A stretch of DNA of 64,000 bases. Source: Lingula anatina (lineage: Eukaryota > Animalia > Brachiopoda). Below the pieces are notes generated by a model. That model did not search any database, was not told where the DNA came from, and saw only the letters and a list, made by a program, of their open reading frames with translations. Positions 1 through 13,205 of the stretch are shown here, in pieces (position 1 is the stretch's first letter; the number at the start of each line of letters is the position of its first letter). A program made the translations under genes and the position numbers. The stretch lies in assembly GCA_051362555.1 (NCBI GenBank), contig CM120649.1, positions 19,296,567-19,360,566 on the forward strand, in the 5' to 3' direction.

Positions 1-65
1 CAGCTACAGCAATCAATCAATACGTGATCCCAATAGTAGACTCGGTACCAGTAATATCCCATGAA

Positions 66-233
66 CAGGGGCGGATCCAGAAATATTTTCTGACAGTCTT
101 CCAAATTATCTTTGTTGATTCATCCTCCATTTTCCACAGTCTTCCGACAGAAAAAATTAGATACCCATCAATATTATCTTGAAAATCTGACCGTCTTCCG
201 GAAGACCCAGAAGACGGCCTAAATCCGCCCCTG
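66..233. mobile_element. ~168-bp MITE with CAGGGGCGGAT terminal inverted repeats (hAT-like)
   Basis: caggggcggatcc...taaatccgcccctg; duplicated with the array at 3381-3548, 7797-7964, 9167-9334, 13039-13205. Confidence 0.8.
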
Positions 234-1308
234 TATGAAGGTCTTGGGAACAGATGGCCCTAAATATTTGTTCCAATCCAATAACGATATAAGCTCTAGA
301 TATTTTTTATGATAAAATAATTACACCAGCAGAGTCATATGTTGCAAGTCTAACAGGTTGTGATTAAAATGACACAATATCAGCAGCAAAGTTCGAGTTA
401 CATTCGGTGCGGCAATGTTACAATAATACCCATGCATATATGGTCGCTGATTTTAGGAAGGAAGCTGTTTTTTTTTTTTTTTTTTACAAAAAAAAATCAT
501 TTAAAATGTAAAGCCAAATAAAAATTCATTTTGGAATGTTATTGTGGACAAAAAACTGAGCTGCTCTTGTTGCAGAATGATGAAAAAAAGGAAATGAAAG
601 ACTGAAGAAATATAAAATTAATAATCAAAAGGACATTAGAAAGCAAAAATATTATATAGGCAGAAGATTTAATAACACTGAGCTCAAGTGGGGAAATGAG
701 GAAAATAAATGAATATAAAAATAATGGAACAATACAAAGCTTTTAACAAAGACCTAAAGTATACTTTTCGAAGATCCAATTAAATGAAGCAAGGTGACGC
801 TATATCTGTATTGTAGGAAGAAAATACCTTTTTCGGTTTTGGTATTTTCTCTAATACTAAGACAGCTATCAAAGTGATCAAAACAACAGTATAAAGCTTG
901 ATGACATCACTACAAAAGGACATTATAAAATTTTCTCAATGACTTTTCTTCCTTCTGATATTAGTGGATTTTATGTGCACATTATTCTGAACTGTTCACA
1001 GCAAAAAACGACAACAAACAATTTTCGACAATCCCCGCTTTCTATCTATAATATCACTGTGAGGATGTCTTGTGATTGTTTGGTATTTCCAACCCAGTAT
1101 TAACAGATGAATTATTCAGATTTCTACTGGCAATTGTGGTCAAAAGTTTGAGTCAAGGCAGCAGATAAATACACAGCATTCGTGAAGCCAAGATAGAAAT
1201 CTTAAGTCAAGGGAAAAAGACTCATCAATTTTCAAGGAAGTTAGATAAGATCGCAAGTTTATGTGTAAGAGAGCAAAAGCCAAAATATCTGGCCACATCT
1301 TTGCCACG

Positions 1309-2754
1309 ATGGCAAAACTTATGACGTGTGTGACTTGGTTGACTGGAGTGTGTTCAGGATTGTTGCTGGTCTATGTAGCAATGTACTTAAAAGGTAACGT
1401 GTTCTATATTATAGACTGATTTCGTGTTTTATTAATTTAAATGATGAACTCAGCTTGGAAACTCTCTCTCTCTCAGCACAGATTTACACACGATGACCTA
1501 GTTTCCTGCCTACCTTAATCAGCACCGATACAGAATCATGGTTTGTTTAATATATATGACACTATATTACTGTTTTCAGTGGGCGTCATCTCTTTTACCA
1601 ATGTGCCAACGATTCTAAGATGGACCAACATGTATCGCCGTGTATCGACGCCACCTGCAACAGTGGAAGTCACACGTGGTCCAGAATCTGTGACTGAGTC
1701 GCCCCCTGTCGAGATAAAAGTATCTGATTCTTTGGAATTTTTTCCTAAAATGACCAGCATAAAACCGTCGCCGCCTGTCAAAACCTCAATGACACTTGCT
1801 AGCGAGGCAACCACTGTGTTTGCTGTCAGTAGGCCCACGGCATCTCCGACCACTGGAGTACTCATTTTTGCCTATTACCGATCAGGGTCGTCATTTTTTG
1901 GTGAAATGTTCAACAGAAATCCAAATGCTTTATACATATTTGAACCATTGTTCAACATAATAAACGCGCAACAGCCTAAAGCCAATGACATTGCTCTCTT
2001 GAATGGAACAAAGATGAGTGCAGACGATGTAGGAACGCAGAGAATATTTTTTCACAGTTTGATTGGTCTATTTGATTGTGATACGTCACGGATCCCTTTG
2101 TCTGTACTATGGAGTCGGATGTATATTAATAAGGACCGCATGATGCACGTGAGGCGTTTTACACAATGCACCAAAAGAAACACAGTGAAAAATATTTCAT
2201 CCCCATGTTTGCCAATTTACAAAGACATTTGTGAAAAAACAACGGTGAAAGTCATTAAATGTATACGTCTTAATGATATAAATATTACTGAGAAATTTTT
2301 ACAAACTAACCCAGGGATCCGCGTCATTCATTTGTTGAGGGATCCACGAGGTGCCTTGTCGTCTGGTCTTGCCACGAAGGAGCTCAGACGTCTTGGAAAA
2401 ACACGCGCCACACTAAACTTATGTAAGCGTATGAAAAACAATCTTGTCAACGGACGTCGAATTCAAAAACGCTACCCAGGGCGTTTCTTTGAAATACGGT
2501 ACGAAGATGTGGCAGAAAATCCATTGAAAATGATATCATACGTTTACAAAGTTCTTTCCCTCAGTATAACAGAAGATATCAAGCAGACATTTATGCGACT
2601 GGCAAATGGAAGTAAAGCTGACGGGACTTTCGGGACTGTCCGAACAGATTCTAACGCTACTGCGCATGCCTGGAAGACCAAAATCAATCCTCAGGTTAAG
2701 CAAACTATTGATAGTATTTGCGTCGATGTATTAAAGTTGGTAGGGTACGCATAG
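1309..2754 (+). CDS. Carbohydrate sulfotransferase (CHST1/3/4/5-like, Golgi type II), copy A; exons 1309-1393, 1580-2754
   Basis: Kozak gccacgATGg; exon 1 encodes a signal anchor MAKLMTCVTWLTGVCSGLLLVYVAMYLK; phase-1 GT-AG intron joins in frame; T/P/S-rich stem; 5'-PSB motif YYRSGSSF, EPL, 3'-PB motif RDPRG..S, RYED. Confidence 0.9.
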
Positions 2755-3380
2755 CTTAATTTTACGCGAAACGCCATTTCGAAACATCCTGGTCGCTCAC
2801 TGTATAGTTTCCGCAAGTGTTATGTCGAGATTTCGAATTAAAATCGTTATAACTGCAACAACGTTTCATAGAATGATCAACTTGCACAGAAAATTGGCAA
2901 CAGCGGTATAAATGTATGTACATGTATATGTAGGCAAGTGATGAGGAGTTCCATTCACTATTTGGTAAGATTTGTTTCTCTATCGTAGGCATAACTGACA
3001 CTTTATTGTGGGTAAAACTGAATTGCAAAATTAAAACATTTAAAACATTTATGCTCATTTTTGTTTAAAATAGGTTTATACCTTAACATTCAGACATACA
3101 CATGATTAAAGCAATAGAAAATTTTACCAACATTGCATTGGGTTAGACATATCCAGGAGGCCTGTTATTGAGCTCCAAGTAGTTTTAAAATTTATGCTAC
3201 CCTAGCAATCAGATTAAACAACTTTAGATGCACATTTTCAGTATCATTCGTGCACCTGGCTCTCCATAAAAGTGAGTTCAGCCCTAAATGACCATCTATA
3301 TAGCTAGAGACATATCTGTGAATATCTGTAAAAAAATCTATCACTCGCCCTGGTAGAGGGTACCAGTCATATCCTATGAA

Positions 3381-3548
3381 CAGGGGCGGATCCAGAAATA
3401 TTTTCTGACAGTCTTCCAAATTATCTTTGTTGATTCATCCTCCATTTTTCACAGTCTTCCGACAGAAAAAATTAGATACCCATCAATGTTATCTTGAAAA
3501 TCTGACCGTCTTCCGGAAGACCCAGAATACGGCCTAAATCCGCCCCTG
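3381..3548. mobile_element. CAGGGG-TIR MITE, array copy
   Basis: Same sequence and TIRs as 66-233. Confidence 0.8.
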
Positions 3549-4379
3549 TTATGAATGTCTTGAGAACAGATGGCCCAAAATATTAGTTCCAATCCAATAA
3601 CGTTATAAGCTCTGGATATTTTTATGATAAAATAATTTCACCAGCAGAGTCATATTTTGCAAGTCTAACAGGTTGTGATTAAAATGACACAATTTCAGCA
3701 GCAAAGTTCGAGTTACATTCGGTGCGGCAATGTTACAATAATACGCATGCATATATGGTCGCTGATTTTTATTAAAGAAGCTGTTTTTGATATTTTACAA
3801 AAAATCATTTAAAATGCAAAACCAAATAAAAATTCATTTTGGAATGTTTATTGTGGACAAAAAACTGAGCTGATCTTGTTGCAGAATGTTGAAAAAAGGA
3901 AATGACAGACTGAAGAAATATAAAATTAATAATCAAAAGGACATTAGAGAGCAAAAATATTATATAGGCAGAAGATGTAATAACACTGAGCTCATGTGGG
4001 GAAATGAGGAAAATAAATGAATATAAAAATAATGGAACAGTACAAAGCTTTTAACAAAGACCTAAAGTATACTTTTCGAAGATCCAATTAAATGAAGCAA
4101 GGTGACGCTATATCTGTATTGTAGGAAGAAAATATCTTTTTCGGTTTTGGTATTTTCTCTAGCACTAAGACAGCTATCAAAGTAATCAAAACAACAGTAG
4201 AAAGCTTGATGACATCACTACAAAAGGACATTATAAAATTTTCTCAATGACTTTTCTTCCTTCTGATATTAGTGGATTTTATGTGCACATTATTCTGAAC
4301 TGTTCACAGCAAAAAACGACAACAAACAATTTTCGACAATCCCCGCTTTCTATCTATAATATCACTGTGAGGATGTCTT

Positions 4380-4502
4380 GTGATTGTTTGATATTTTCAA
4401 CCCAGTATTAACAGATGAATGTGATTGTTTGGTATTTCCAACCCAGTATTAACAGATGAATGTGATTGTTTGGTATTTCCAACCCAGTATTAACAGATGA
4501 AT
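4380..4502. repeat. 41-bp VNTR upstream of sulfotransferase exon 1 (3 units here)
   Basis: gtgattgtttggtatttccaacccagtattaacagatgaat x3; 1 unit before copy A, 3 before E, 2 before F. Confidence 0.85.
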
Positions 4503-4698
4503 TATTCAGATTTCTACTGGCAATTGTGGTCAAAAGCTTGAGTCAAGGCAGCAGATAAATACACAGCATTCGTGAAGCCAAGATAGAAATCTTGAGTCAA
4601 GGGGAAAAGACTCATCAATTTTCAAGGAAGTTAGAGAAGGTCGCAAGTTTATGTGTCAGTGAGCAAAAGCCAAAATATCTGGCCACATCTTTGCCACG

Positions 4699-7170
4699 AT
4701 GGCAAAACTTATGACGTGTGTGACTTGGTTGACTGGAGTGTGTTCAGGATTGTTGCTGGTCTATGTAGCAATGTACTTAAAAGGTAACGTGTTCTATATT
4801 ATAGACTGATTTCGTGTTTTATCAATTTAAATGATGAACTCAGCTTGGAAACTCTCTCTCTCTCAGCACAGATTTACACACGATGACCTAGTTTCCTGCC
4901 TACCTTAATAATAATAATAATAATTTATTGAGCACAAAGAAATAGTTTACATTTACAGGCTCTCTAACTAATACAAATATTAAAAAGAATAATTTAAGTA
5001 ATAAACTATGCTCATCCACGCAGGGATACACGCTTTTTAATTGCACTGTTAACAAATTTACATATGGCAATCACACTCTGCGCAGAGAGTGGATTGAGTA
5101 AAATAGATAGTTTATTGTCTGTTGGACCCTGCAAATTCACCTCTGGTATGGAAGCGAACAGTATTTCCCGTTCGACTCTGTGTTCACTGCATTCTAGAAA
5201 AAAGTGTGCTTCATCTTCTACTGAGTCGCAGTGGGGGCATTTCCTTTTGTCAATTGGCTTCTTTGGTTTTGTATATCGCCCTCTTTCAATTTCTAATTCA
5301 TGATCACTGATTCTCATTTTTGCTAATACCCTTTTTTGAGCTAAAGGAACATTGAGTTTTACATAAGGTTCAGCCTCATAAGTGTGTTTAATTTTTCCAT
5401 ATGTTCTGAGTTTATTGTTTTCTCCTTTTTGCAATTCTTCCCAAAAATTTGACTTTATTTTTTTTATTATTTCTTCCTTTAGGTATTGGTGGTTGTGGAT
5501 TTTAGTATGTGTGTTGTTATTTGGGTGGTAAACTTCCCAGCATGCCGAAAGATTTGTAGTAGCCCAAAACCAGTTTTTTCCCTTTTCTGTTTGCTCCATG
5601 TCGTAAGCTTGTTTGACTAGTCTGTGAGTTGGAAGGTTGTCCAGTCTTGCACTGTATTTGGACACCAAACTTACAATGTCCAAATACAGTGGAAGGCGTC
5701 CAAGTTCTGCCCTGCAAGCATTACTGCTGGAAGTTTTTCTTAAACCTAGTGTCCATTTACACATTTTTAAATGTATCTGTTCAAATGGCATCTTATTCAA
5801 TTTGTGTAGTGTCATTTTTTTGTCTATAAATATCTCTTGTGCCCAAACCTCACAGCCATATAGCAGGATTGGTTTAATCATTTGGTCAAAAAGTTTCATG
5901 GTTAGTAGGGGTGAGGAAATTTCTTGAGAATTAATCAGCACCGATACAGAATCATGGTTTGTTTAATATATATGACACTATATTACTGTTTTCAGTGGGC
6001 GTCATCTCTTTTACCAATGTGCCAACGATTCTAAGATGGACCAACATGTATCGCCGTGTATCGACGCCACCTGCAACAGTGGAAGTCACACGTGGTCCAG
6101 AATCTGTGACTGAGTCGCCCCCTGTCGAGATAAAAGTATCTGATTCTTTGGAATTTTTTCCTAAAATTGCCAGCATAAAACCGTCGCCGCCTGTCAAAAC
6201 CTCAATGACACTTGCTAGCGAGGCAACCACTGTGTCTGCTGTCAGTAGGCCCACGGCATCTCCGACCACTGGAGTACTCATTTTTGCCTATTACCGATCA
6301 GGGTCGTCATTTTTTGGTGAAATGTTCAACAGAAATCCAAATGCTTTATACATATTTGAACCATTGTTCAACATAATAAACGCGCAACAGCCTAAAGCCA
6401 ATGACATTGCTCTCTTGAATGGAACAAAGATGAGTGCAGACGATGTAGGAACGCAGAGAATATTTTTTCACAGTTTGATTGGTCTATTTGATTGTGATAC
6501 GTCACGGATCCCTTTGTCTGTACTATGGAGTCGGATGTATATTAATAAGGACCGCATGATGCACGTGAGGCGTTTTACACAATGCACCAAAAGAAACACA
6601 GTGAAAAATATTTCATCCCCATGTTTGCCAATTTACAAAGACATTTGTGAAAAAACAACGGTGAAAGTCATTAAATGTATACGTCTTAATGATATAAATA
6701 TTACTGAGAAATTTTTACAAACTAACCCAGGGATCCGCGTCATTCATTTGTTGAGGGATCCACGAGGCGCTTTGTCGTCTGGTCTTGCCACGAAGGAGCT
6801 CAGACGTCTTGGAAAAACACGCGCCACACTAAACTTATGTGAGCGTATGAAAAACAATCTTGTCAACGGACGTCGAATTCAAAAACGCTACCCAGGGCGT
6901 TTCTTTGAAATACGGTACGAAGATGTGGCAGAAAATCCATTGAAAATAATATCATACGTTTACAAAGTTCTTTCCCTCAGTATAACAGAAGATATCAAGC
7001 AGACATTTATGCGACTGGCAAATGGAAGTAAAGCTGACGGGACTTTCGGGACTGTCCGAACAGATTCTAACGCTACTGCGCATGCCTGGAAGACCAAAAT
7101 CAATCCTCAGGTTAAGCAAACTATTGATAGTATTTGCGTCGATGTATTAAAGTTGGTAGGGTACGCATAG
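4699..7170 (+). CDS. Carbohydrate sulfotransferase copy B; exons 4699-4783, 5996-7170 (LINE fragment in intron)
   Basis: Near-identical to copy A; same splice sites; intron expanded by about 1 kb insertion. Confidence 0.88.
4910..5930 (-). mobile_element. 5'-truncated non-LTR retrotransposon (RTE-X-like LINE), ORF2 C-terminal part
   Basis: Open frame 5012-5930 with PILLYGCEVW, ELGRLPL, RISDHELEIERGRY, C..C..VEDEAHFFLEC zinc-finger-like tail; simple-repeat tail (reads aataat on + strand); TTAAT duplicated at 4905-4909 and 5931-5935; absent from the other array copies. Confidence 0.88.
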
Positions 7171-7796
7171 CTTAATTTTACGCGAAACGCCATTTCGAAG
7201 CATCCTGGTCGCTCACTGTATAGTTTCCGCAAGTGTTATGTCGAGATTTCGAATTAGAATCGTTATAACTGCAACAACGTTTCATAGAATGATCAACTTG
7301 CACAGAAAATTGGCAACAGCGGTATAAATGTATGTACATGTATATGTAGGCAAGTGATGAGGAGTTCCATTCACTATTTGGTAAGATTTGTTTCTCTATC
7401 GTAGGCATAACTGACACTTTATTGTGGGTAAAACTTAATTGCAAAATTAAAACATTTAAAACATTTATGCTCATTTTTGTTTAAAATAGGTTTATACCTT
7501 AACATTCAGACATACACATGATTAAAGCAATAGAAAATTTTACCAACATTGCATTGGGTTAGACATATCCAGGAGGCCTGTTATTGAGCTCCAAGTAGTT
7601 TTAAAATTTATGCTACCCTAGCAATCAGATTAAACAACTTTAGATGCACATTTTCAGTATCATTCGTGCACCTGGCTCTCCATAAAAGTGAGTTCAGCCC
7701 TAAATGACCATCTATATAGCTAGAGACATATCTGTGAATATCTGTAAAAAAATCTATCACTCGCCCTGGTAGAGGGTACCAGTCATATCCTATGAA

Positions 7797-7964
7797 CAGG
7801 GGCGGATCCAGAAATATTTTCTGACAGTCTTCCAAATTATCTTTGTTGATTCATCCTCCATTTTTCACAGTCTTCCGACAGAAAAAATTAGATACCCATC
7901 AATGTTATCTTGAAAATCTGACCGTCTTCCGGAAGACCCAGAATACGGCCTAAATCCGCCCCTG
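7797..7964. mobile_element. CAGGGG-TIR MITE, array copy
   Basis: Same sequence and TIRs as 66-233. Confidence 0.8.
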
Positions 7965-8477
7965 TTATGAATGTCTTGAGAACAGATGGCCCAAAATATT
8001 AGTTCCAATCCAATAACGTTATAAGCTCTGGATATTTTTATGATAAAATAATTTCACCAGCAGAGTCATATTTTGCAAGTCTAACAGGTTGTGATTAAAA
8101 TGACACAATTTCAGCAGCAAAGTTCGAGTTACATTCGGTGCGGCAATGTTACAATAATACGCATGCATATATGGTCGCTGATTTTTATTAAAGAAGCTGT
8201 TTTTGATATTTTACAAAAAATCATTTAAAATGCAAAACCAAATAAAAATTCATTTTGGAATGTTTATTGTGGACAAAAAACTGAGCTGATCTTGTTGCAG
8301 AATGTTGAAAAAAGGAAATGACAGACTGAAGAAATATAAAATTAATAATCAAAAGGACATTAGAAAGCAAAAATATTATATAGGCAGAAGATGTAATAAC
8401 ACTGAGCTCATGTGGGGAAATGAGGAAAATAAATGAATATAAAAATAATGGAACAGTACAAAGCTTTTAACAAAGAC

Positions 8478-8798
8478 CTAAACAATCTTGTCAACGGACG
8501 ACGAATTCAAAAACGCTACCCAGGGCGTTTCTTTGAAATACGGTACGAAGATGTGGCAGAAAATCCATTGAAAATGATATCATACGTTTACAAAGTTCTT
8601 TCCCTCAGTATAACAGAAGATATCAAGCAGACATTTATGCGACTGGCGAATGGAAGTAAAGCTGACGGTGCTTACGGGACTGTCCGAACAGATTCCAACG
8701 CTACTGCGCATGCCTGGAAGACCAAAATCAACCCCGAAGTTAAGCAAACTATTGATAGTATTTGCGTCGATGTATTAAAGTTGGTAGGGTACGCATAA
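8478..8798 (+). pseudogene. 5'-deleted sulfotransferase fragment (copy C)
   Basis: Spacer sequence ...aaagacctaaa fused at an AAA microhomology to NNLVNGRR...VGYA*; exon 1 and PAPS-binding motifs lost. Confidence 0.85.
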
Positions 8799-9166
8799 CT
8801 TAATTTTACGCGCAACTCCATTACGAAACAACCTGATTGCACATTGTATAGTTTCCGCAAGAGTTCTGTCGAGATTTCGAATTAGAATCTTTGTAACTGC
8901 AACAATGCTTCATAGAATGATCATCTTGCACAGAAAATTGGCAACAGCGGTATGAATACATGTCTATGTAGTTATGTGATTAACAGTTCCATTCACTATT
9001 TGGTAAGATTCGTTTCTCTATCGTAGGCATAACTGACACTTTATAGTGAAACTGAATACCTGTTATCGCATCATTGTGTTATAATTTATAGAAGTAAACC
9101 ACAGCTACAGCAATCAATCAATACGTGATCCCAATAGTAGACTCGGTACCAGTAATATCCCATGAA

Positions 9167-9334
9167 CAGGGGCGGATCCAGAAATATTTTCTGACAGTCT
9201 TCCAAATTATCTTTGTTGATTCATCCTCCATTTTCCACAGTCTTCCGACAGAAAAAAATAGATACCCATCAATATTATCTTGAAAATCTGACCGTCTTCC
9301 GGAAGACCCAGAATACGGCCTAAATCCGCCCCTG
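9167..9334. mobile_element. CAGGGG-TIR MITE, array copy
   Basis: Same sequence and TIRs as 66-233. Confidence 0.8.
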
Positions 9335-9615
9335 TATGAAGGTCTTGGGAACAGATGGCCCTAAATATTTGTTCCAATCCAATAACGATATAAGCTCTGG
9401 ATATTTTTTATGATAAAATAATTACACCAGCAGAGTCATATTTTGCAAGTCTAACAGGTTGTGATTAAAATGACACAATATCAGCAGCAAAGTTCGAGTT
9501 ACATTCGGTGCGGCAATGTTACAATAATACGCATGCATATATGGTCGCTGATTTTAGGAAGGAAGCTGTTTTTTTTTTTTTTTTACAAAAAAAAAATCAT
9601 TTAAAATGTAAAGCC

Positions 9616-9685
9616 AAGACCAAAAGTTAAGCAAACTATTGATAGTATTTGCGTCGATGTATTAAAGTTGGTAGGGTACGCATAA
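9616..9685 (+). pseudogene. Tiny 3' sulfotransferase remnant (copy D)
   Basis: aagaccaaaa|gttaagcaaactattgat...gcataa followed by the normal 3' flank, fused to spacer. Confidence 0.8.
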
Positions 9686-11220
9686 CTTAATTTTACGCGC
9701 AACGCCATTACGAAACAACCTGATTGCACATTGTATAGTTTCCGCAAGAGTTCTGTCGAGATTTCGAATTAGAATCTTTGTAACTGCAACAATGCTTCAT
9801 AGAATGATCATCTTGCACAGAAATTTGGCAACAGCGGTATGAATACATGTCTATGTAGTTATGTGATTAACAGTTCCATTCACTATTTGGTAAGATTCGT
9901 TTCTCTATCGTAGGCATAACTGACACTTTATAGTGAAACTGAATACCTGTTATCGCAATATTGTGTTATAATTTAGAGAAGTAAACTACAGCTACAGCAA
10001 TCAATCAATCAATACGTGATCCCAATAGTAGACTCGGTACCAGTAATATCCCATGATAATGAAGGTCTTGGGAACAGATGGCCCTAAATATTTGTTCCAA
10101 TCCAATAACGATATAAGCTCTGGATATTTTTATGATAAAATAATTACACCAGCAGAGTCATATGTTGCAAGTCTAACAGGTTGTGATTAAAATGACACAA
10201 TATCAGCAGCAAAGTTCGAGTTACATTCGGTGCGGCAATGTTACAATAATACGCATGCATATATGGTCGCTGATTTTAGGAAGGAAGCTGTTTTTTTTTT
10301 TTTTTTTTTTTTTACAAAAAAAAAATCATTTAAAATGTAAAGCCTAATAAAAATTCATTTTGGAATGTTTATTGTGGACAAAAAACTGAGCTGCTCTTGT
10401 TGCAGAATGATGAAAAAAAGGAAATGAAAGACTGAAGAAATATAAAATTAATAATCAAAAGGACATTAGAAAGCAAAAATATTATATAGGCAGAAGATTT
10501 AATAACACTGAGCTCAAGTGGGGAAATGAGGAAAATAAATGAATATAAAAATAATGGAACAATACAAAGCTTTTAACAAAGACCTAAAGTATACTTTTCG
10601 AAGATCCAATTAAATGAAGCAAGGTGACGCTATATCTGTATTGTAGGAAGAAAATACCTTTTTCGGTTTTGGTATTTTCTCTAATACTAAGACAGCTATC
10701 AAAGTGATCAAAACAACAGTATAAAGCTTGATGACATCACTACAAAAGGACATTATAAAATTTTCTCAATGACTTTTCTTCCTTCTGATATTAGTGGATT
10801 TTATGTGCACATTATTCTGAACTGTTCACAGCAAAAAACGACAACAAACAATTTTCGACAATCCCCGCTTTCTATCTATAATATCACTGTGAGGATGTCT
10901 TGTGATTGTTTGATATTTCCAACCCAGTATTAACAGATGAATGCGATTGTTTAGTATTTCCAACCCAGTATTAACAGATGAATGTGATTGTTTGGTATTT
11001 CCAACCCTAAATTAACAGATGAATTATTCAGATTTCTACTGGCAATTGAGGTCAAAAGCTTGAGTCAAGGCAGCAGATAAATACACAGCATTCGTGAAGC
11101 CAAGATAGAAATCTTGAGTCAAGGGGAAAAGACTCATCAATTTTCAAGGAAGTTAGAGAAGGTCGCAAGTTTATGTGTCAGTGAGCAAAAGCCAAAATAT
11201 CTGGCCACATCTTTGCCACA

Positions 11221-12670
11221 ATGGCAAAATTGATGACGTGCGTGACTTGGTTGACTGGAGTGTGTTCAGGATTGTTGCTGGTCTATGTAGCAATGTACTT
11301 AAAAGGTAACGTGTTCTATATTATAGACTGATTTCGTGTTTTATTAATTTAAATGCTGAACTCAGCCTTGAAACTCTCTCTGTCTCTCTCAGCACAGATT
11401 TACACACGATGACCTAGTTTCCTGCCTACCTTAATCAGCACCGATACAGAATCATGGTTTGTTTAATATATATGACACTATATTACTGTTTTCAGTGGGC
11501 GTCATCTCTTTTACCAATGTGCCAACGATTCTAAGATGGACCAACATGTATCGCCGTGTATCGACGCCACCTGCAACAGTGGAAGTCACACGTGGTCCAG
11601 AATCTGTGACTGAGTCGCCACCTGTCGAGATAAAAGTATCTGATTCTTTGGAATTTTTTCCTAAAATTGCCAGCATAAAACCGTCTTTGCCTGTCAAAAC
11701 CTCAATGACACTTGCTAGCGAGGCAACCACTGTGTCTGCTGTCAGTAGGCCCACGGCATCTCCGACCACTGGAGTACTCATTTTTGCCTATTACCGATCA
11801 GGGTCGTCATTTTTTGGTGAAATGTTCAACCGAAATCCAAATGCTTTATACATATTTGAACCATTGTTCAACATAATAAACGCGCAACAGCCTAAAGCCA
11901 ATGACATTGCTCTCTTGAATGGAACAAAGATGAGTGCAGACGATGTAGGAACGCAGAGAATATTTTTTCACAGTTTGATTGGTCTATTTGATTGTGATAC
12001 GTCACGGATCCCTTTGTCTGTACTATGGAGTCGGATGTATATTAATAAGGACCGCATGATGCACGTGAGGCGTTTTACACAATGCACCAAAAGAAACACA
12101 GTGAAAAATATTTCATCCCCATGTTTGCCAATTTACAAAGACATTTGTGAAAAAACAACGGTGAAAGTCATTAAATGTATACGTCTTAATGATATAAATA
12201 TTACTGAGAAATTTTTACAAACTAACCCAGGAATCCGCGTCATTCATTTGTTGAGGGATCCACGAGGTGCCTTGTCGTCTGGTCTTGCCACGAAGCAGCT
12301 CAGACGTCTTGGGAAAACACGCGCCACACTAGACTTATGTGAGCGTATGAAAAACAATTTTGTCAACGGACGACGAATTCAAAAACGCTACCCAGGGCGT
12401 TTCTTTGAAATACGGTACGAAGATGTGGCAGAAAATCCATTGAAAATGATATCATACGTTTACAAAGTTCTTTCCCTCAGTATAACAGAAGATATCAAGC
12501 AGATATTTATGCGACTGGCGAATGGAAGTAAAGCTGACGGTGCTTACGGGACTGTCCGAACAGATTCTAACGCTACTGCGCATGCCTGGAAGACCAAAAT
12601 CAACCCCGAAGTTAAGCAAACTATTGATAGTATTTGCGTCGATGTATTAAAGTTGGTAGGGTACGCATAA
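11221..12670 (+). CDS. Carbohydrate sulfotransferase copy E; exons 11221-11305, 11496-12670
   Basis: Same two-exon structure and motifs as copy A. Confidence 0.9.
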
Positions 12671-13038
12671 CTTAATTTTACGCGCAACGCCATTACGAAA
12701 CAACCTGATTGCACATTGTATAGTTTCCGCAAGAGTTCTGTCGAGATTTCGAATTAGAATCTTTGTAACTGCAACAATGCTTCATAGAATGATCATCTTG
12801 CACAGAAAATTGGCAACAGCGGTATGAATACATGTCTATGTAGTTATGTGATTAACAGTTCCATTCACTATTTGGTAAGATTCGTTTCTCTATCGTAGGC
12901 ATAACTGACACTTTATAGTGAAACTGAATACCTGTTATCGCAATATTGTGTTATAATTTAGAGAAGTAAACCACAGCTACAGCAATCAATCAATACGTGA
13001 TCCCAATAGTAGACTCGGTACCAGTAATATCCCATGAA

Positions 13039-13205
13039 CAGGGGCGGATCCAGAAATATTTTCTGACAGTCTTCCAAATTATCTTTGTTGATTCATCCTC
13101 CATTTTCCACAGTCTTCCGACAGAAAAAAATAGATACCCATCAATATTATCTTGAAAATCTGACCGTCTTCCGGAAGACCCAGAAGACGGCCTAAATCCG
13201 CCCCT
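13039..13205. mobile_element. CAGGGG-TIR MITE, array copy
   Basis: Same sequence as 66-233, terminal G missing. Confidence 0.78.

Noticed and set aside
1543-1579. ORF-track starts of the sulfotransferases (TTG 1543/5959/11459, ATG 14452)
   Set aside because: These lie in the intron; the real start is the upstream signal-anchor exon
1536-1865. 109-aa minus-strand ORF repeated in each array unit
   Set aside because: Antisense shadow of the sulfotransferase stem region; conserved only because the units are recent duplicates
8433-8798. 121-aa ORF as a new chimeric gene
   Set aside because: Chance in-frame spacer ATG across a deletion junction; lacks the anchor and PAPS-binding motifs
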